Of a DNA stretch of 64,000 nucleotides, positions 1 to 10,279 are shown piece after piece. The translations under genes were made by a program, and so were the position numbers. The number at the start of each line of letters is the position of its first letter. The stretch's first letter is position 1. Origin of the DNA: Candidatus Woesearchaeota archaeon (GTDB taxonomy: Archaea > Nanobdellota > Nanobdellia > Woesearchaeales > JABGUJ01); NCBI GenBank assembly GCA_018646625.1, contig JABGUJ010000002.1, positions 350,843-414,842 of the forward strand, given 5' to 3'. Below the pieces are notes generated by a model, which was not told where the DNA came from, did not search any database, and saw only the letters and a program-made list of their open reading frames with translations.

Positions 1-660
1 CTGGTCCATGTGTTTTGGCATTTCTTGCGCAACCATATGACCATTCAAAATATTAACTAGCTCTCTTAATTCCCCAGGCAAGTTAGTATCAAAATCATGC
101 CTCATCGCCATAAGTGAAGCAGAATACAAAGCAGTAGTTTGCAAACCAAGCGTACTTCCATTGGCCGCATGTTCAGTAGCTGAATGTAATGCAGCACCTA
201 GTTCATCTTTTCTTCTTGCAGTTTGTAAATTTCTTGAAAAGTAGTTTCCCGTTGATGAGTCCCCATAGTGTATCGCAGTATCGCGAACTGAGTCTTCAAT
301 ACTACCGGCACCTATTCCTGCAACAAGTTGTGATGCAAGTTCATCTAATTCCTCAACAAGTTGTTCAACTCTTTGCAGATTATCATAACCGGGCTTGAGA
401 GTTTCTTTATGTTCTTCGTATAAAGAATCCATGCGTATGGCAAAAGGAACTAGTCTCACCGTGTCTGCACAAAAAACAAATAAGTTTGCATCTATGTTAG
501 GATGTTTTTGTTCTCCATCTTTTGCAAATCTTAGAATTCCAGATTCTGTTTGTTCTAAAGAATAGCCTTGATTGGTCATACCAGAGATGATTGGATCTAC
601 ATCAGCACCTAAAAGTTTCGTAGCGTCAAGCTGTTCTTCGAGACTTACGTTTATGATCAT
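1..660 (-). CDS. Hypothetical protein (runs off window start)
   Basis: Hand translation from ATG at 660: MIINVSLEEQLDATKLLGADVDP..., open to position 1; not in the ORF track. Confidence 0.6.
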   Translation of the reverse strand, partial: MIINVSLEEQLDATKLLGADVDPIISGMTNQGYSLEQTESGILRFAKDGEQKHPNIDANLFVFCADTVRLVPFAIRMDSLYEEHKETLKPGYDNLQRVEQLVEELDELASQLVAGIGAGSIEDSVRDTAIHYGDSSTGNYFSRNLQTARRKDELGAALHSATEHAANGSTLGLQTTALYSASLMAMRHDFDTNLPGELRELVNILNGHMVAQEMPKHMDQ

Positions 661-800
661 TCTCAACTAAGTAGTAGTTAAGAAGAGGTAATATATTTAA
701 CCTATAAAATATATAGATATTATATATACTGGCGATAACGTTGTTATTTGAGTTGGAGTTATCAAAAAGTTTATAAGGAAAAATTCATGAGTGTTGATAG

Positions 801-1385
801 ATGGTGATTTCAGTGAAAAAAGTATTAATGATTATTCTAATTTTGTGTATGTCAACAGCAGTTTTTGCGCAGTTTAATCCTGATGAACATATTTTGCCGG
901 AAGGAGAAACTGTTGAGGTATACATATTTCATGGACAAGGCTGTCCACATTGTGCTAAAGCGCTATCTTGGTTTGAAGAAATTTCTCCAAAGTACCCTCA
1001 TGTAAATATACACGAAAAGGAAGTATATTCTAATGATGAGAACAGAGAGTTATTTGAAAAATTTTGTTATGAAGCTGGAACAAGCGTACAAGGAGTTCCA
1101 ACGATCTTTATCGAGGACAGAATGTTTGTCGGGTTTAGTAATGAAGTAAGAGATCAAATTGAATCAGAGATACAATCTTGCATTGTTGAAAAATGCGAAA
1201 TTCACGGACCAGGTGGGCAAGTTAATGATCCATTACCAAGAGATATTGATCCCGTTGATCCTAAAACTGAGACATATCATTCATTGATTGGAACTTTGTT
1301 TTTGATGCTTGTTGGTTTGACAATCGTGATATATTTTGGCCATAAATATGCTAAGAGAACATTGAGAAGAGGAAAGAAAAAATGA
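801..1385 (+). CDS. Secreted/membrane thioredoxin-glutaredoxin-fold protein
   Basis: Signal peptide, CPHC motif, cis-Pro GVPT, C-terminal TM. Confidence 0.8.
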   Translation: MVISVKKVLMIILILCMSTAVFAQFNPDEHILPEGETVEVYIFHGQGCPHCAKALSWFEEISPKYPHVNIHEKEVYSNDENRELFEKFCYEAGTSVQGVPTIFIEDRMFVGFSNEVRDQIESEIQSCIVEKCEIHGPGGQVNDPLPRDIDPVDPKTETYHSLIGTLFLMLVGLTIVIYFGHKYAKRTLRRGKKK

Positions 1386-2077
1386 TTGAACAGCTCACTA
1401 TTCCTGCAGTTGTTGGTGCTGCGTTAGTAGACGCAATTAATCCGTGTGCGTTCGCAGTATTAATATTATTGATGAGCACAGTGTTGGCGTCAGGGGATAG
1501 AAAGAGAGCATTATGGTGTGGTGTTACATTCATTGCAGCCATTTATGTTATGTATTTCTTAATGGGTGTCGGCATATTCACAGTTATCCAAGTATCAGGA
1601 ATTACTCATACATTTTATTGGATAGTATCTATAATTGCTTTGCTGGTTGGATTATTTAATGTTAAAGATTATATTTGGTACGGTAAAGGTTTCTTGATGG
1701 AAGTGCCTTTGAGTTGGCGCCCTACAATGAAAAAGTTATTGAAGAGTGTTGCATCTCCTGGCGGTGCAGGAGTTATTGGAGTTGTAGTTAGTTTCTTTTT
1801 ATTACCGTGCACATCAGGACCGTATATAGTTATCTTAGGTTTGTTAGCTAAAGAAGTTACAAGATCTACAGGAATACTGTATTTATTATTGTACAATCTG
1901 ATATTTGTTTTTCCAATGATTGTTATAACTTGGGTAGTATACCAAGGTTTGGCTACAACAGAAAAATTGGAAAAACTGAGACAATCAAAGTTGAGGCATT
2001 TGCATTTAATTGCAGGCGTTATAATGCTTTTACTAGGTCTGGGAATGATTGTGGCCATGCGTTTAGGCATGGTTTAA
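1382..2077 (+). CDS. CcdA/DsbD-like cytochrome c biogenesis transmembrane protein
   Basis: Multiple TM helices with NPCAF and LPCTSGPY Cys motifs; overlaps the thioredoxin gene. Confidence 0.8.
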   Translation: MIEQLTIPAVVGAALVDAINPCAFAVLILLMSTVLASGDRKRALWCGVTFIAAIYVMYFLMGVGIFTVIQVSGITHTFYWIVSIIALLVGLFNVKDYIWYGKGFLMEVPLSWRPTMKKLLKSVASPGGAGVIGVVVSFFLLPCTSGPYIVILGLLAKEVTRSTGILYLLLYNLIFVFPMIVITWVVYQGLATTEKLEKLRQSKLRHLHLIAGVIMLLLGLGMIVAMRLGMV

Positions 2078-2143
2078 TTTTTATTTCTTGTAATAAGGTT
2101 TATAAAGCGAGATATCCCTCATAGCTCTAAAAAGGGTGTTGAT

Positions 2144-2602
2144 GTGGATAAGAAACTCCAGAAGATTTTTGATAAACATAAAGAGGATAGAAATACCGTT
2201 GCAATACTGCAAGATCTTCAAAGTGAGTACGGCTATGTTCCTGAAAAAGAATGTAAAGAACTATCTTTAGCGTTGGATATTTCTATGGTTGATATGTTTG
2301 GAGTTGCTACATTTTATTCTCAGTTTAAATTGGAAAAAGAAGGAAAGTACGTGATTAGTTTGTGCAGAGGCACCGCATGTCATGTTAACAAATCAGAATC
2401 TATAATGAAAGCGCTTGAAACATTTTTAGGTGTGCAGGAGTGTGGCACTACGTCCGATGGATTGTTTACTTTAGTTCCCGTGAATTGTATTGGTGCGTGT
2501 GCAAGGGCACCTGCGATGATGATTAACGGCACAGTTTATGGAAGCCTTACTGATGAAAAGGCAATTGAGATTGTTAAGAAAATAAAAGAGGGAGATAAGT
2601 GA
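2144..2602 (+). CDS. hydC: NuoE-like [2Fe-2S] subunit of trimeric [FeFe]-hydrogenase
   Basis: ATFYSQF, CRGTACH, CIGACARAP motifs. Confidence 0.85.
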   Translation: MDKKLQKIFDKHKEDRNTVAILQDLQSEYGYVPEKECKELSLALDISMVDMFGVATFYSQFKLEKEGKYVISLCRGTACHVNKSESIMKALETFLGVQECGTTSDGLFTLVPVNCIGACARAPAMMINGTVYGSLTDEKAIEIVKKIKEGDK

Positions 2603-4419
2603 AAACTTGTTTGTTTTGTGGTAAGGAACTAGAAGTTGGTAAAGTTCACCACGAAAGTAGTGAGTGTAAAGATAAAATTTCCGAAGTTAATAATTATTTA
2701 GAGAAAGATGATAGAATCACTGTAGGAGTTGCAACATGTGGTTTGGCTGCGGGAGCAAAGAAAAGTTTAGATGTGTTGAGAAGTTCTAAGTTGAGTATGC
2801 CTGTTGACGAAGTTGGTTGTTCAGGCATGTGTTTTAATGAACCTATTGTTAGTGTTAGAATAGCGGGAAAGACGTTTATTTACGGAGAAGCTACAGAAGA
2901 TAAGATAAGAAATATAATTAAAACGATAAAAGATGGAACAAGGCATGATGATTGTTTCATAGGTGAAAAGTTAGAAGATATTGAGTTCTTTAAGAAACAG
3001 AAAAGAGTGTTGATGAGTAATTGTGGACTAGTTAGTCCTTTAGTTGTTGAACATTACATTGCTCGTGAAGGGTATAAAGGGTTGATGCATGCTGTTGAAT
3101 TAGATTCGGGTGAGATAATTGCAGAGATTAAAAAATCTGGTTTAAGAGGAAGAGGCGGAGCAGGTTTTCCCACTCATATGAAATGGGATATATTTTCTAA
3201 ATCAAGCGGAGAAAAATATTTAGTGGTTAATGGTGACGAAGGAGATCCTGGCGCGTTCATGAATCGAACTTTGATTGAATCCGATCCGTTTAGAATATTG
3301 GAAGGCTTTACAATTGCATCTCGAGCAACTGGAGCAAAGAAAGGCATAATCTATACTAGAGCAGAATATCCCCTAGCGGTTGAAACATTAGAAAAAGCAA
3401 TTAGTATCTGTGAAGAAAATAATTTGTTAGGTAAAGATATTCTAGGAATAAAAGGTTTTGATTTTGATGTTGAAGTTAAAACAGGCGCTGGTGCATTTGT
3501 TTGCGGCGAGGAAACTTCTTTAATGAAATCTGTGGAAGGTAAAAGAGGACATCCAATGCCTCGTCCACCGTATCCTGCTCAAAAAGGAATATTAGGGCAT
3601 CCAACAAATATTAATAATGTTGAGACGTATGCGCATGTTGCTAACGTGCTACGTTATGGATCATCTTTTTATGAGAAAATAGGTGTTGAGAAAAATCACG
3701 GGACAAAAGCAATATGTTTAGCAGGAAAGGTTCTTAGAGCGGGTGTTGCAGAAGTTCCTCTAGGAATCACCTTAAGAGAAGTTGTTTATGATATTGGTGG
3801 TGGGTTGAAGAACGGTAAAAAATTCAAAGCAGTTCAATTGGGAGGTCCAAGTGGTGGATGTATTCCTGAGCAATTTTTAGATACTACATTGGACTTTGAT
3901 AGTGTTCCCAAGTTAGGAGCAATAATGGGTAGCGGCGGAGTTATTGTATTAGATGAAGACGATTCCATGGTTGATGTTGCGCGGTTTTTTCTTACGTTTA
4001 CTACAAGTGAAAGTTGCGGTAAGTGCGTACCATGCAGAGAAGGTACAAAAAGAATGTTAGAAATTGTTGACAGGGTTTCTAAAGGAATGGGTCAACATCA
4101 TGAGATTGAATTATTGAAGAGATTAGCAAAAGTCGTACAAGATTCTTCGTTGTGCGGTTTGGGAAAGAGTGCGCCAAATCCTGTGCTAACTACGCTAAAG
4201 TATTTTGGTAAAGAATATGAAGAAGCGCTAGGTCAAAAGAAACCTAATACGTTTATGATAACTGATAGATGTATCGGATGTGGATTGTGTAAAAGGAATT
4301 GCCCCGTGAAAGCAATATCAGGCACTCCAAAAGCTAAACATCATATTGATCAAGAAACTTGTGTGCATTGTGGTAAGTGTCATAAAGTTTGTCCAGTAAA
4401 TGCCATAGATATTTTGTAA
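2599..4419 (+). CDS. hydB: NuoF-like FMN/NAD-binding subunit of [FeFe]-hydrogenase
   Basis: SGLRGRGGAGFPT, NGDEGDPGAFM, GAFVCGEET, ESCGKCVPCREG; C-terminal 2x[4Fe-4S] ferredoxin. Confidence 0.9.
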   Translation: MKTCLFCGKELEVGKVHHESSECKDKISEVNNYLEKDDRITVGVATCGLAAGAKKSLDVLRSSKLSMPVDEVGCSGMCFNEPIVSVRIAGKTFIYGEATEDKIRNIIKTIKDGTRHDDCFIGEKLEDIEFFKKQKRVLMSNCGLVSPLVVEHYIAREGYKGLMHAVELDSGEIIAEIKKSGLRGRGGAGFPTHMKWDIFSKSSGEKYLVVNGDEGDPGAFMNRTLIESDPFRILEGFTIASRATGAKKGIIYTRAEYPLAVETLEKAISICEENNLLGKDILGIKGFDFDVEVKTGAGAFVCGEETSLMKSVEGKRGHPMPRPPYPAQKGILGHPTNINNVETYAHVANVLRYGSSFYEKIGVEKNHGTKAICLAGKVLRAGVAEVPLGITLREVVYDIGGGLKNGKKFKAVQLGGPSGGCIPEQFLDTTLDFDSVPKLGAIMGSGGVIVLDEDDSMVDVARFFLTFTTSESCGKCVPCREGTKRMLEIVDRVSKGMGQHHEIELLKRLAKVVQDSSLCGLGKSAPNPVLTTLKYFGKEYEEALGQKKPNTFMITDRCIGCGLCKRNCPVKAISGTPKAKHHIDQETCVHCGKCHKVCPVNAIDIL

Positions 4420-4420
4420 A

Positions 4421-6184
4421 ATGTTTAAGAAAAAAAGATGCAAAGTAAAGTTCAGGAAAGAAAAACCTACTGTTAAGTTGGTGATTAATGGAATGGAGAT
4501 CTTGGCTTATCAAGATGAAACAATATTTCAGGCAGCTGAGAGAAATTGTATAAATATACCTCACTTTTGTTATCATCCTAGATTGAAGGTTGTTGGCGCA
4601 TGTAGAATGTGCGTTGTTGAAGTTGAAGGCAGAAGAAATCTTGAAGCGTCATGTTCTACACCAGTTAAAGAAGGGCAGGTTGTGTATACTCATTCTGAAA
4701 GGGTTATTGAAGCTCGACGTACAATATTAGAACTTTTGTTGGCTAATCACGATTTGAATTGTCCGACATGTAAGAAAAATTTGAATTGTAAACTACAAGA
4801 ATATTCTACGGACTTGATGATAGATGAAATATCATATGTTGGAGAAATGAGACATAACCCAAAAGACCATTCTTCCGTGTCAATTCAAAGAGATCCCGAT
4901 AAATGTATTTTATGTGGTAGATGTGTTAGAGTTTGCGGAGATGTTCAGACTGTGCATGCAATTGGCCAAGTTAACAGAGGATTTTATATGAATGTTGAAC
5001 CACCATTCAAGCACGAGTTATCGGAGTCTAGTTGTATTAATTGTGGACAGTGTGTTGTGAATTGTCCTGTTGGTGCACTGACAGAACATTCCAGTATTCA
5101 TGAATTTATTAAAGAATTAGTTGATAAGTCTAAGACAAAAAAACATTTTGTTGTTCAGGTTGCACCATCTATTAGAGCAACATTAGGAGAATTGTTCGGT
5201 ATGCCCGCAGGCACTCCCGTTACAGGTAAATTAGTTACCGCTTTACGAGAAGTTGGATTCGATATGGTCTTTGATACTGACTTGGCAGCAGACATTACAA
5301 TTGTTGAAGAAGCAACTGAATTTGTTAAAAGATTAAAGAATAATGACAATCTTCCAATGATTACTACCTGTTGTCCTGCATGGATAAAGTTCGGAGAACA
5401 ATTCTTTATAGACGAACTAGAGCATATGTCTAGTTGTAGATCTCCACAGGCAATATTAGCATCATTAGTGCGAACATACTATGCAGAAAAGAAAGGAGTA
5501 GATGCGGATGATATTGTGTTGGTAGATATTATGCCTTGCACTGCGAAGAAGTATGAGATTCAGCGTCCCGAGTTTGCAGGTGATGTTGATTATGTTCTTA
5601 CAACTGTTGAATTGGCTAAGTTGATTAAGCAATTCAATATTGATTTTGAAGATCTTCCTGATAGTGAGTTTGATAATCCATTAGGAATTTCTAGTGGAGC
5701 TGGCGCAATATTCGGAAGAAGCGGCGGAGTTATGGAAGCTGCGCTTCGTACAGCGGCAGATTTTTTAACTGGAAAAGATCTTAAGAAAGTTGAGTATGAA
5801 AAAGTTAGGGGACTAGAGACATTAAAAGAAGCAGAGATTAATATTGCAGGTCACAAAATAAAAGTTGCAGCAGTACAAACATTAGGCGAAGCTCGTAAAA
5901 TCATGGATGATATAAGAGCAGGAAAATCACCATATCACTTTATTGAAATAATGGCCTGTTATGGCGGATGTATCGGTGGCGGAGGACAACCACCGTTAAA
6001 AGATGATGATGTATTAGTGGAAAGAGCAGGTGCTTTGAATAAGCAAGATGTGAAGATGAAGTATAGGAAATCTCATAAAAATCCCGCAGTGCTTGAGATA
6101 TACAAAGAATATGTAGGAGAGTTTGGTGGAGAGAAAGCACATAAATTGCTGCACACTAAATATTCTAAGAAGGATTATATTTGA
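4421..6184 (+). CDS. hydA: [FeFe]-hydrogenase catalytic subunit (group A3-like)
   Basis: N-terminal Fe-S domains; H-cluster motifs TTCCPAW, MPCTAKKYE, EIMACYGGCIGGGGQP; C-terminal HKLLHT. Confidence 0.93.
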   Translation: MFKKKRCKVKFRKEKPTVKLVINGMEILAYQDETIFQAAERNCINIPHFCYHPRLKVVGACRMCVVEVEGRRNLEASCSTPVKEGQVVYTHSERVIEARRTILELLLANHDLNCPTCKKNLNCKLQEYSTDLMIDEISYVGEMRHNPKDHSSVSIQRDPDKCILCGRCVRVCGDVQTVHAIGQVNRGFYMNVEPPFKHELSESSCINCGQCVVNCPVGALTEHSSIHEFIKELVDKSKTKKHFVVQVAPSIRATLGELFGMPAGTPVTGKLVTALREVGFDMVFDTDLAADITIVEEATEFVKRLKNNDNLPMITTCCPAWIKFGEQFFIDELEHMSSCRSPQAILASLVRTYYAEKKGVDADDIVLVDIMPCTAKKYEIQRPEFAGDVDYVLTTVELAKLIKQFNIDFEDLPDSEFDNPLGISSGAGAIFGRSGGVMEAALRTAADFLTGKDLKKVEYEKVRGLETLKEAEINIAGHKIKVAAVQTLGEARKIMDDIRAGKSPYHFIEIMACYGGCIGGGGQPPLKDDDVLVERAGALNKQDVKMKYRKSHKNPAVLEIYKEYVGEFGGEKAHKLLHTKYSKKDYI

Positions 6185-6942
6185 AAATGGCAGATGATGG
6201 TGCAATGAAGATGTTTGTATACAGTTTTGTAGGCCTCGGTGTCGGAGTTTATTTGTTCTTTAAAGGATTTACTTGGTTGAGGGAGAAAAGGCTAATAGAA
6301 AACACTCCAACTTCTAAGATAAGGTCATTGGCTATGGGTAGAGTTGAGATTTTCGGTAAGGTTGTTGCAGAAGCTAAAAAGAAAATCAAATCACCATTTT
6401 CGGGCGCTGATTGTGTTTATTGTAAATGGACAATTGAAGAGTATAGGAATCAAGGTAAGAGTAGCAGATGGGTTGTAGTAAAGGAAGGTGTTGAGACAAA
6501 TCATTTTAATCTTCAAGATAACACGGGGAAGGTACTAGTAGACCCAAAAGATTCTCAACTAGACATTCCAGTTGACTTTGAAAGTAAAAAACTCACTGAG
6601 CCTATAAAGAAATATCTAGATGGCGAAGCAATAAAGTATAAGTCATGGTTAGGATTTAATAAATCACTCAGATTCAGAGAGTATTACTTAGCACCCGGAG
6701 ATGAAGTGTATATTATGGGTAGCGCAGGGGATAATCCTTTTGTTGAAGATGGAAGTGCACAGAATAATGTTGACGATATTATGATTCAGAAAGGTAAAAG
6801 TGACTTTTATTATATTTCAGATAAACCAGAAACGGCTGTGCTGAAGAAATTCAAGTGGAAAGTACTTGGTGGTTTCTTGGGCGGTGGCGCATTGATAGTG
6901 GTTTGTTTGTTTTACATATTTTTTTTCATAGGAATACTATAA
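6181..6942 (+). CDS. GIDE-domain membrane protein (start possibly 6188)
   Basis: IENTPTSKIRSLAMGRVE, SPFSG..CVY; TM at both ends; next to lemA. Confidence 0.7.
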   Translation: MKMADDGAMKMFVYSFVGLGVGVYLFFKGFTWLREKRLIENTPTSKIRSLAMGRVEIFGKVVAEAKKKIKSPFSGADCVYCKWTIEEYRNQGKSSRWVVVKEGVETNHFNLQDNTGKVLVDPKDSQLDIPVDFESKKLTEPIKKYLDGEAIKYKSWLGFNKSLRFREYYLAPGDEVYIMGSAGDNPFVEDGSAQNNVDDIMIQKGKSDFYYISDKPETAVLKKFKWKVLGGFLGGGALIVVCLFYIFFFIGIL

Positions 6943-6955
6943 GGAGGAAAAGAAA

Positions 6956-7525
6956 ATGGCAATAGGATTAGGAATAATTATTGCGGTCGTTGTTGTACTT
7001 GTTGCGTTGGTTTTTATCGGTTACTTTGTAGGTATATACAACGCGTTTGTTAGATTAAGAAATGATATTAAAAAATCATGGTCTAACATTAATGTTTTGT
7101 TAAAACAAAGACATGACGAATTACCAAAGTTAATCGCTTCTGTAAAAGGTTACATGAAGCACGAAAAGTCAACTTTAGCCGAATTAACTAAAGCGAGAAC
7201 TGCTTTTATGAGTGCCAAAACCATGGATGCGAAAGCTGCAGCAGACAATCAGATAACCTCTGCTTTGAAGACTATATTTGCGGTTGCAGAAAACTATCCA
7301 AATCTAAAAGCTAATGAGAATTTCTTGCAATTACAAAGCAGAATTAGCGGATTAGAGAATGAATTGGCAGATCGAAGAGAATTCTATAACGAATCTGTTA
7401 ATACTTACAACATAAAACGTGAGTCGTTCCCTGACATGATTGTTGCAGGATGGATGAAGCTTCAATCTAAAGAAATGTTTAAAGTTTCTGAAGAAGAGCA
7501 GCAAGACGTTAAAGTTGAATTTTAA
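6956..7525 (+). CDS. lemA: LemA family protein
   Basis: N-terminal TM, LKQRHDELPKL, AVAENYPNLKANENF. Confidence 0.92.
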   Translation: MAIGLGIIIAVVVVLVALVFIGYFVGIYNAFVRLRNDIKKSWSNINVLLKQRHDELPKLIASVKGYMKHEKSTLAELTKARTAFMSAKTMDAKAAADNQITSALKTIFAVAENYPNLKANENFLQLQSRISGLENELADRREFYNESVNTYNIKRESFPDMIVAGWMKLQSKEMFKVSEEEQQDVKVEF

Positions 7526-7530
7526 TTTTT

Positions 7531-7977
7531 TTATTTTATTAATTTTAATTTTGGTTCTATGTTTTCAGGTTCAGGTAGCGCCATTAGTATTTCCAATCCG
7601 CCTTCTTTAGTTCTAATCCGATCTCTTATTTTTCTCCATGCTTTATTTACACCTGTTCCATTGGTTGTTATGTCAATTGTTTTCTCAGGCGATTGATTGA
7701 TGACTTCCGCAAGTTCTGATCCCCTATCTCTTTGTACTCTTAATTCAACAACCATGTATCTTACTTTCGCATGCCAAGAACCATAGTAATTGCCCATCGT
7801 TTCTCTGTAAAACTCAGGCTCAGTAGAAAGAACATGCACGCGTCTAGCGATGTAGGTGGTGGAACGACTTGGCCCCTCACCATCTACTTGAGTCTCGTAG
7901 AGAGGGTTTGATGTCATCTCAGTAAGTAATATGTTTTGAGAGTATATAGTTTTTTCTGCGAGAATAGTAATTCGCAC
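7531..7977 (-). CDS. Hypothetical protein (start possibly MTSNP at 7916)
   Basis: ORF fills the intergenic gap; no motif recognised. Confidence 0.45.
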   Translation of the reverse strand: MRITILAEKTIYSQNILLTEMTSNPLYETQVDGEGPSRSTTYIARRVHVLSTEPEFYRETMGNYYGSWHAKVRYMVVELRVQRDRGSELAEVINQSPEKTIDITTNGTGVNKAWRKIRDRIRTKEGGLEILMALPEPENIEPKLKLIK

Positions 7978-8077
7978 CCATCAGGGCGTTATTCTTGCGA
8001 ATTCAAACAAGAAAACTTCAATCTGAATTGAAGTCTTAGATTGGTTTATATAAACGCTAAGTTTATTAGGTAGTAAA

Positions 8078-9043
8078 ATGATTAAATGTCCAAGAAAGGA
8101 GGTAAGGGAAATGTCCTTTTCAAATAAAATAAAAGAATTTTATTCTAGTAAAAAAGAGTTTTTGTGGTTAGTTGTAATCGTATTAGTTTTATTTTCAGTC
8201 GCATCTAACTTCGGAGGTAGTTCATTTAAATCTGTCGGAGGCTACGCTGAAAGTAGTGAGATGATGGCTATGAACGATGCTCCTCGAATGATGAAAAGTG
8301 CATCTTTTGCATCAGAAGGGATGGCGGCAGATATGCATATGCCTCAACCAGAGTTGTATGAACAAGCGCCTGTAGAAGATGAAGAAAGAAAGATTAGAAA
8401 AACAGCAAACATGCAGTTGGAAGTTGAAAAAACTGCATACGAAAGTGCTAAAGCAGCAATTAATGTTGTAATTGATTCTAACTCTGGATTTTACACTTCA
8501 AAGAATGAGAATAAACATAACTGGTATGATTCTCATTACAAAACGTACAATATTGCATTCAAAGTTCCTAAAGATGGTTTTGAAGAAACTATTGAGAGCT
8601 TAAGAGCAATTGGCGAAGTAAAGAATCTTAATGTTGACTCATACGATATGACTACTCAGTATCAAGATATACAAGCGGACCTAGATAGTAAAGAAAAGGT
8701 TAAAGCAAGAGTGGCAGAATTGTTAGTAAAGGCAGAAGACATCAAAGATGTAATTACAATTGAAGAAAAGCTTGCTAATTTGCAAAGAGAGATTGATAAT
8801 TACAATAAAAGATTAACTAACATCGATAGACAAACAGATTATTCTACAATAAGTGTTCAAATAACTGAAAAGCACGACGTTAAAGATACATTTTATGAAA
8901 TGACTCCCGTAAAGGAACATTTAGAGAATGTAATTATTAGCTTTGATGACTTGTTTTCGTTCTTGTCTAGAACAGTAGCATTTATAATTGGAATACTTGT
9001 ACTGTTTGGATTGTACAAAGGGTACAAGAGAATTACGAGGTGA
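8078..9043 (+). CDS. DUF4349-like membrane-anchored coiled-coil protein
   Basis: RKIRKTANMQLEV, DMTTQYQD, DYSTISVQI; TM at both ends. Confidence 0.75.
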   Translation: MIKCPRKEVREMSFSNKIKEFYSSKKEFLWLVVIVLVLFSVASNFGGSSFKSVGGYAESSEMMAMNDAPRMMKSASFASEGMAADMHMPQPELYEQAPVEDEERKIRKTANMQLEVEKTAYESAKAAINVVIDSNSGFYTSKNENKHNWYDSHYKTYNIAFKVPKDGFEETIESLRAIGEVKNLNVDSYDMTTQYQDIQADLDSKEKVKARVAELLVKAEDIKDVITIEEKLANLQREIDNYNKRLTNIDRQTDYSTISVQITEKHDVKDTFYEMTPVKEHLENVIISFDDLFSFLSRTVAFIIGILVLFGLYKGYKRITR

Positions 9044-9047
9044 TTAG

Positions 9048-9692
9048 ATGAAAAAAGTATTTTTACTTTTAGTTTTATTGACAGTTGTTTTGTACGGATG
9101 TGGCGAGGCTCCAGCTAATGAGCCAATGGATGAACCAGAAGCTATGCCCAGTGAAGCAACTCAAGATGAAAGATTAGCTGAAGAAGTGGAAATTGTTTCT
9201 GAGCCTGAAGTTGAAGCGAAGCCTGAGAAAATATACATATCCGATGAAAAAATTGTATATGGTATCGGCGAAGGGGATATGACTCAAGCAGAAATGATGG
9301 CAGATTGTGAGCAAAAAGGCGGCACATTTAACGAATGTGGAAGTCCTTGTGCTGAAGGCGATGATATGTGTGTAATGGCTTGCGCATTTGTGTGTGAACT
9401 AGCTGTTGAAGATGATGTTATCGTAAGAGCAAAGGATGAAGAGTCTGCTCAAGTCGCTAACCCCGCTTCAGTTAAGTGTTTAACTGATGGTGGAGACTTT
9501 AAATTAATAAGTTGGCCAGAAGGTACAGAAGGAATGTGTATTTTTGACAAAACGAGTGTTTGTGAAGAATGGGCTTACTTTAATGGCGAATGTAGTGTAG
9601 GAGATTGTGCAGTCGAGTGTAAAGAAATTGGCACCGCTAACGAAGGTTGGTATGACTGTAACGAAAAACTATTGTACACAGAAATTTGTTAA
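9048..9692 (+). CDS. Cys-rich lipoprotein with DUF333-like repeat
   Basis: Lipobox LYGC; ANPASVKC..GG...CEEWAYF. Confidence 0.7.
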   Translation: MKKVFLLLVLLTVVLYGCGEAPANEPMDEPEAMPSEATQDERLAEEVEIVSEPEVEAKPEKIYISDEKIVYGIGEGDMTQAEMMADCEQKGGTFNECGSPCAEGDDMCVMACAFVCELAVEDDVIVRAKDEESAQVANPASVKCLTDGGDFKLISWPEGTEGMCIFDKTSVCEEWAYFNGECSVGDCAVECKEIGTANEGWYDCNEKLLYTEIC

Positions 9693-10243
9693 TTTTTTAT
9701 TTCTTTTTTTATTTCTTCTAAAAGTTCCTTGAACTCAGTATAACCTGCTGCTTTGTTAAAATGTCCTGCGTTAGTTACTAAACTTGGTGTGATGTTTAAG
9801 TGATTTGCAATTTCTTTGGCCTTTTCTTTGGGTACATAAGGATCGTTGTCCGAGTAGAAAATTTGAAAATTCTGACAGTTCTGTTGTATCTTGGCCCAAT
9901 CTAGATTTGTCATGAATGTTTTGTTTATGTCGTCAAAATCAGGATTGTTAATTCTTCCTAGAAATGGTGCTACGAAAAATGCCGCTTTAGCTTTATTCGT
10001 TTGTAATAAATTTAGAATGAATGCAGGACCTAAACTGTGTCCTACGAAAATTGTGTCGTTGGTTATCTTATCTTGGTATGGTTCAAATGCTTGCATCCAC
10101 GTTGTTAATGATTGATTCTCAGGTGTTGGGAAGGTCGGCGTTATAACTTCAAGATCTAGTTTTTCTAGTTCTTGTTTTAACCAAGGAAACCAGTTTTCGT
10201 GAGGGTTTCCGTACGATCCATGAATTAAGAATATGTTGTTCAT
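9689..10243 (-). CDS. RBBP9/YdeN-family alpha/beta hydrolase
   Basis: IHG...NWFPWL, GHSLG nucleophile elbow, SDNDPYV, AGHF. Confidence 0.88.
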   Translation of the reverse strand: MNNIFLIHGSYGNPHENWFPWLKQELEKLDLEVITPTFPTPENQSLTTWMQAFEPYQDKITNDTIFVGHSLGPAFILNLLQTNKAKAAFFVAPFLGRINNPDFDDINKTFMTNLDWAKIQQNCQNFQIFYSDNDPYVPKEKAKEIANHLNITPSLVTNAGHFNKAAGYTEFKELLEEIKKEIKN

Positions 10244-10279
10244 GTGTGTTGTATTGAGAATTATGTATATAAAACTTAT

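Noticed and set aside
2144..4419. Respiratory complex I (nuoEF)
   Set aside because: Followed by an H-cluster subunit and no membrane nuo genes
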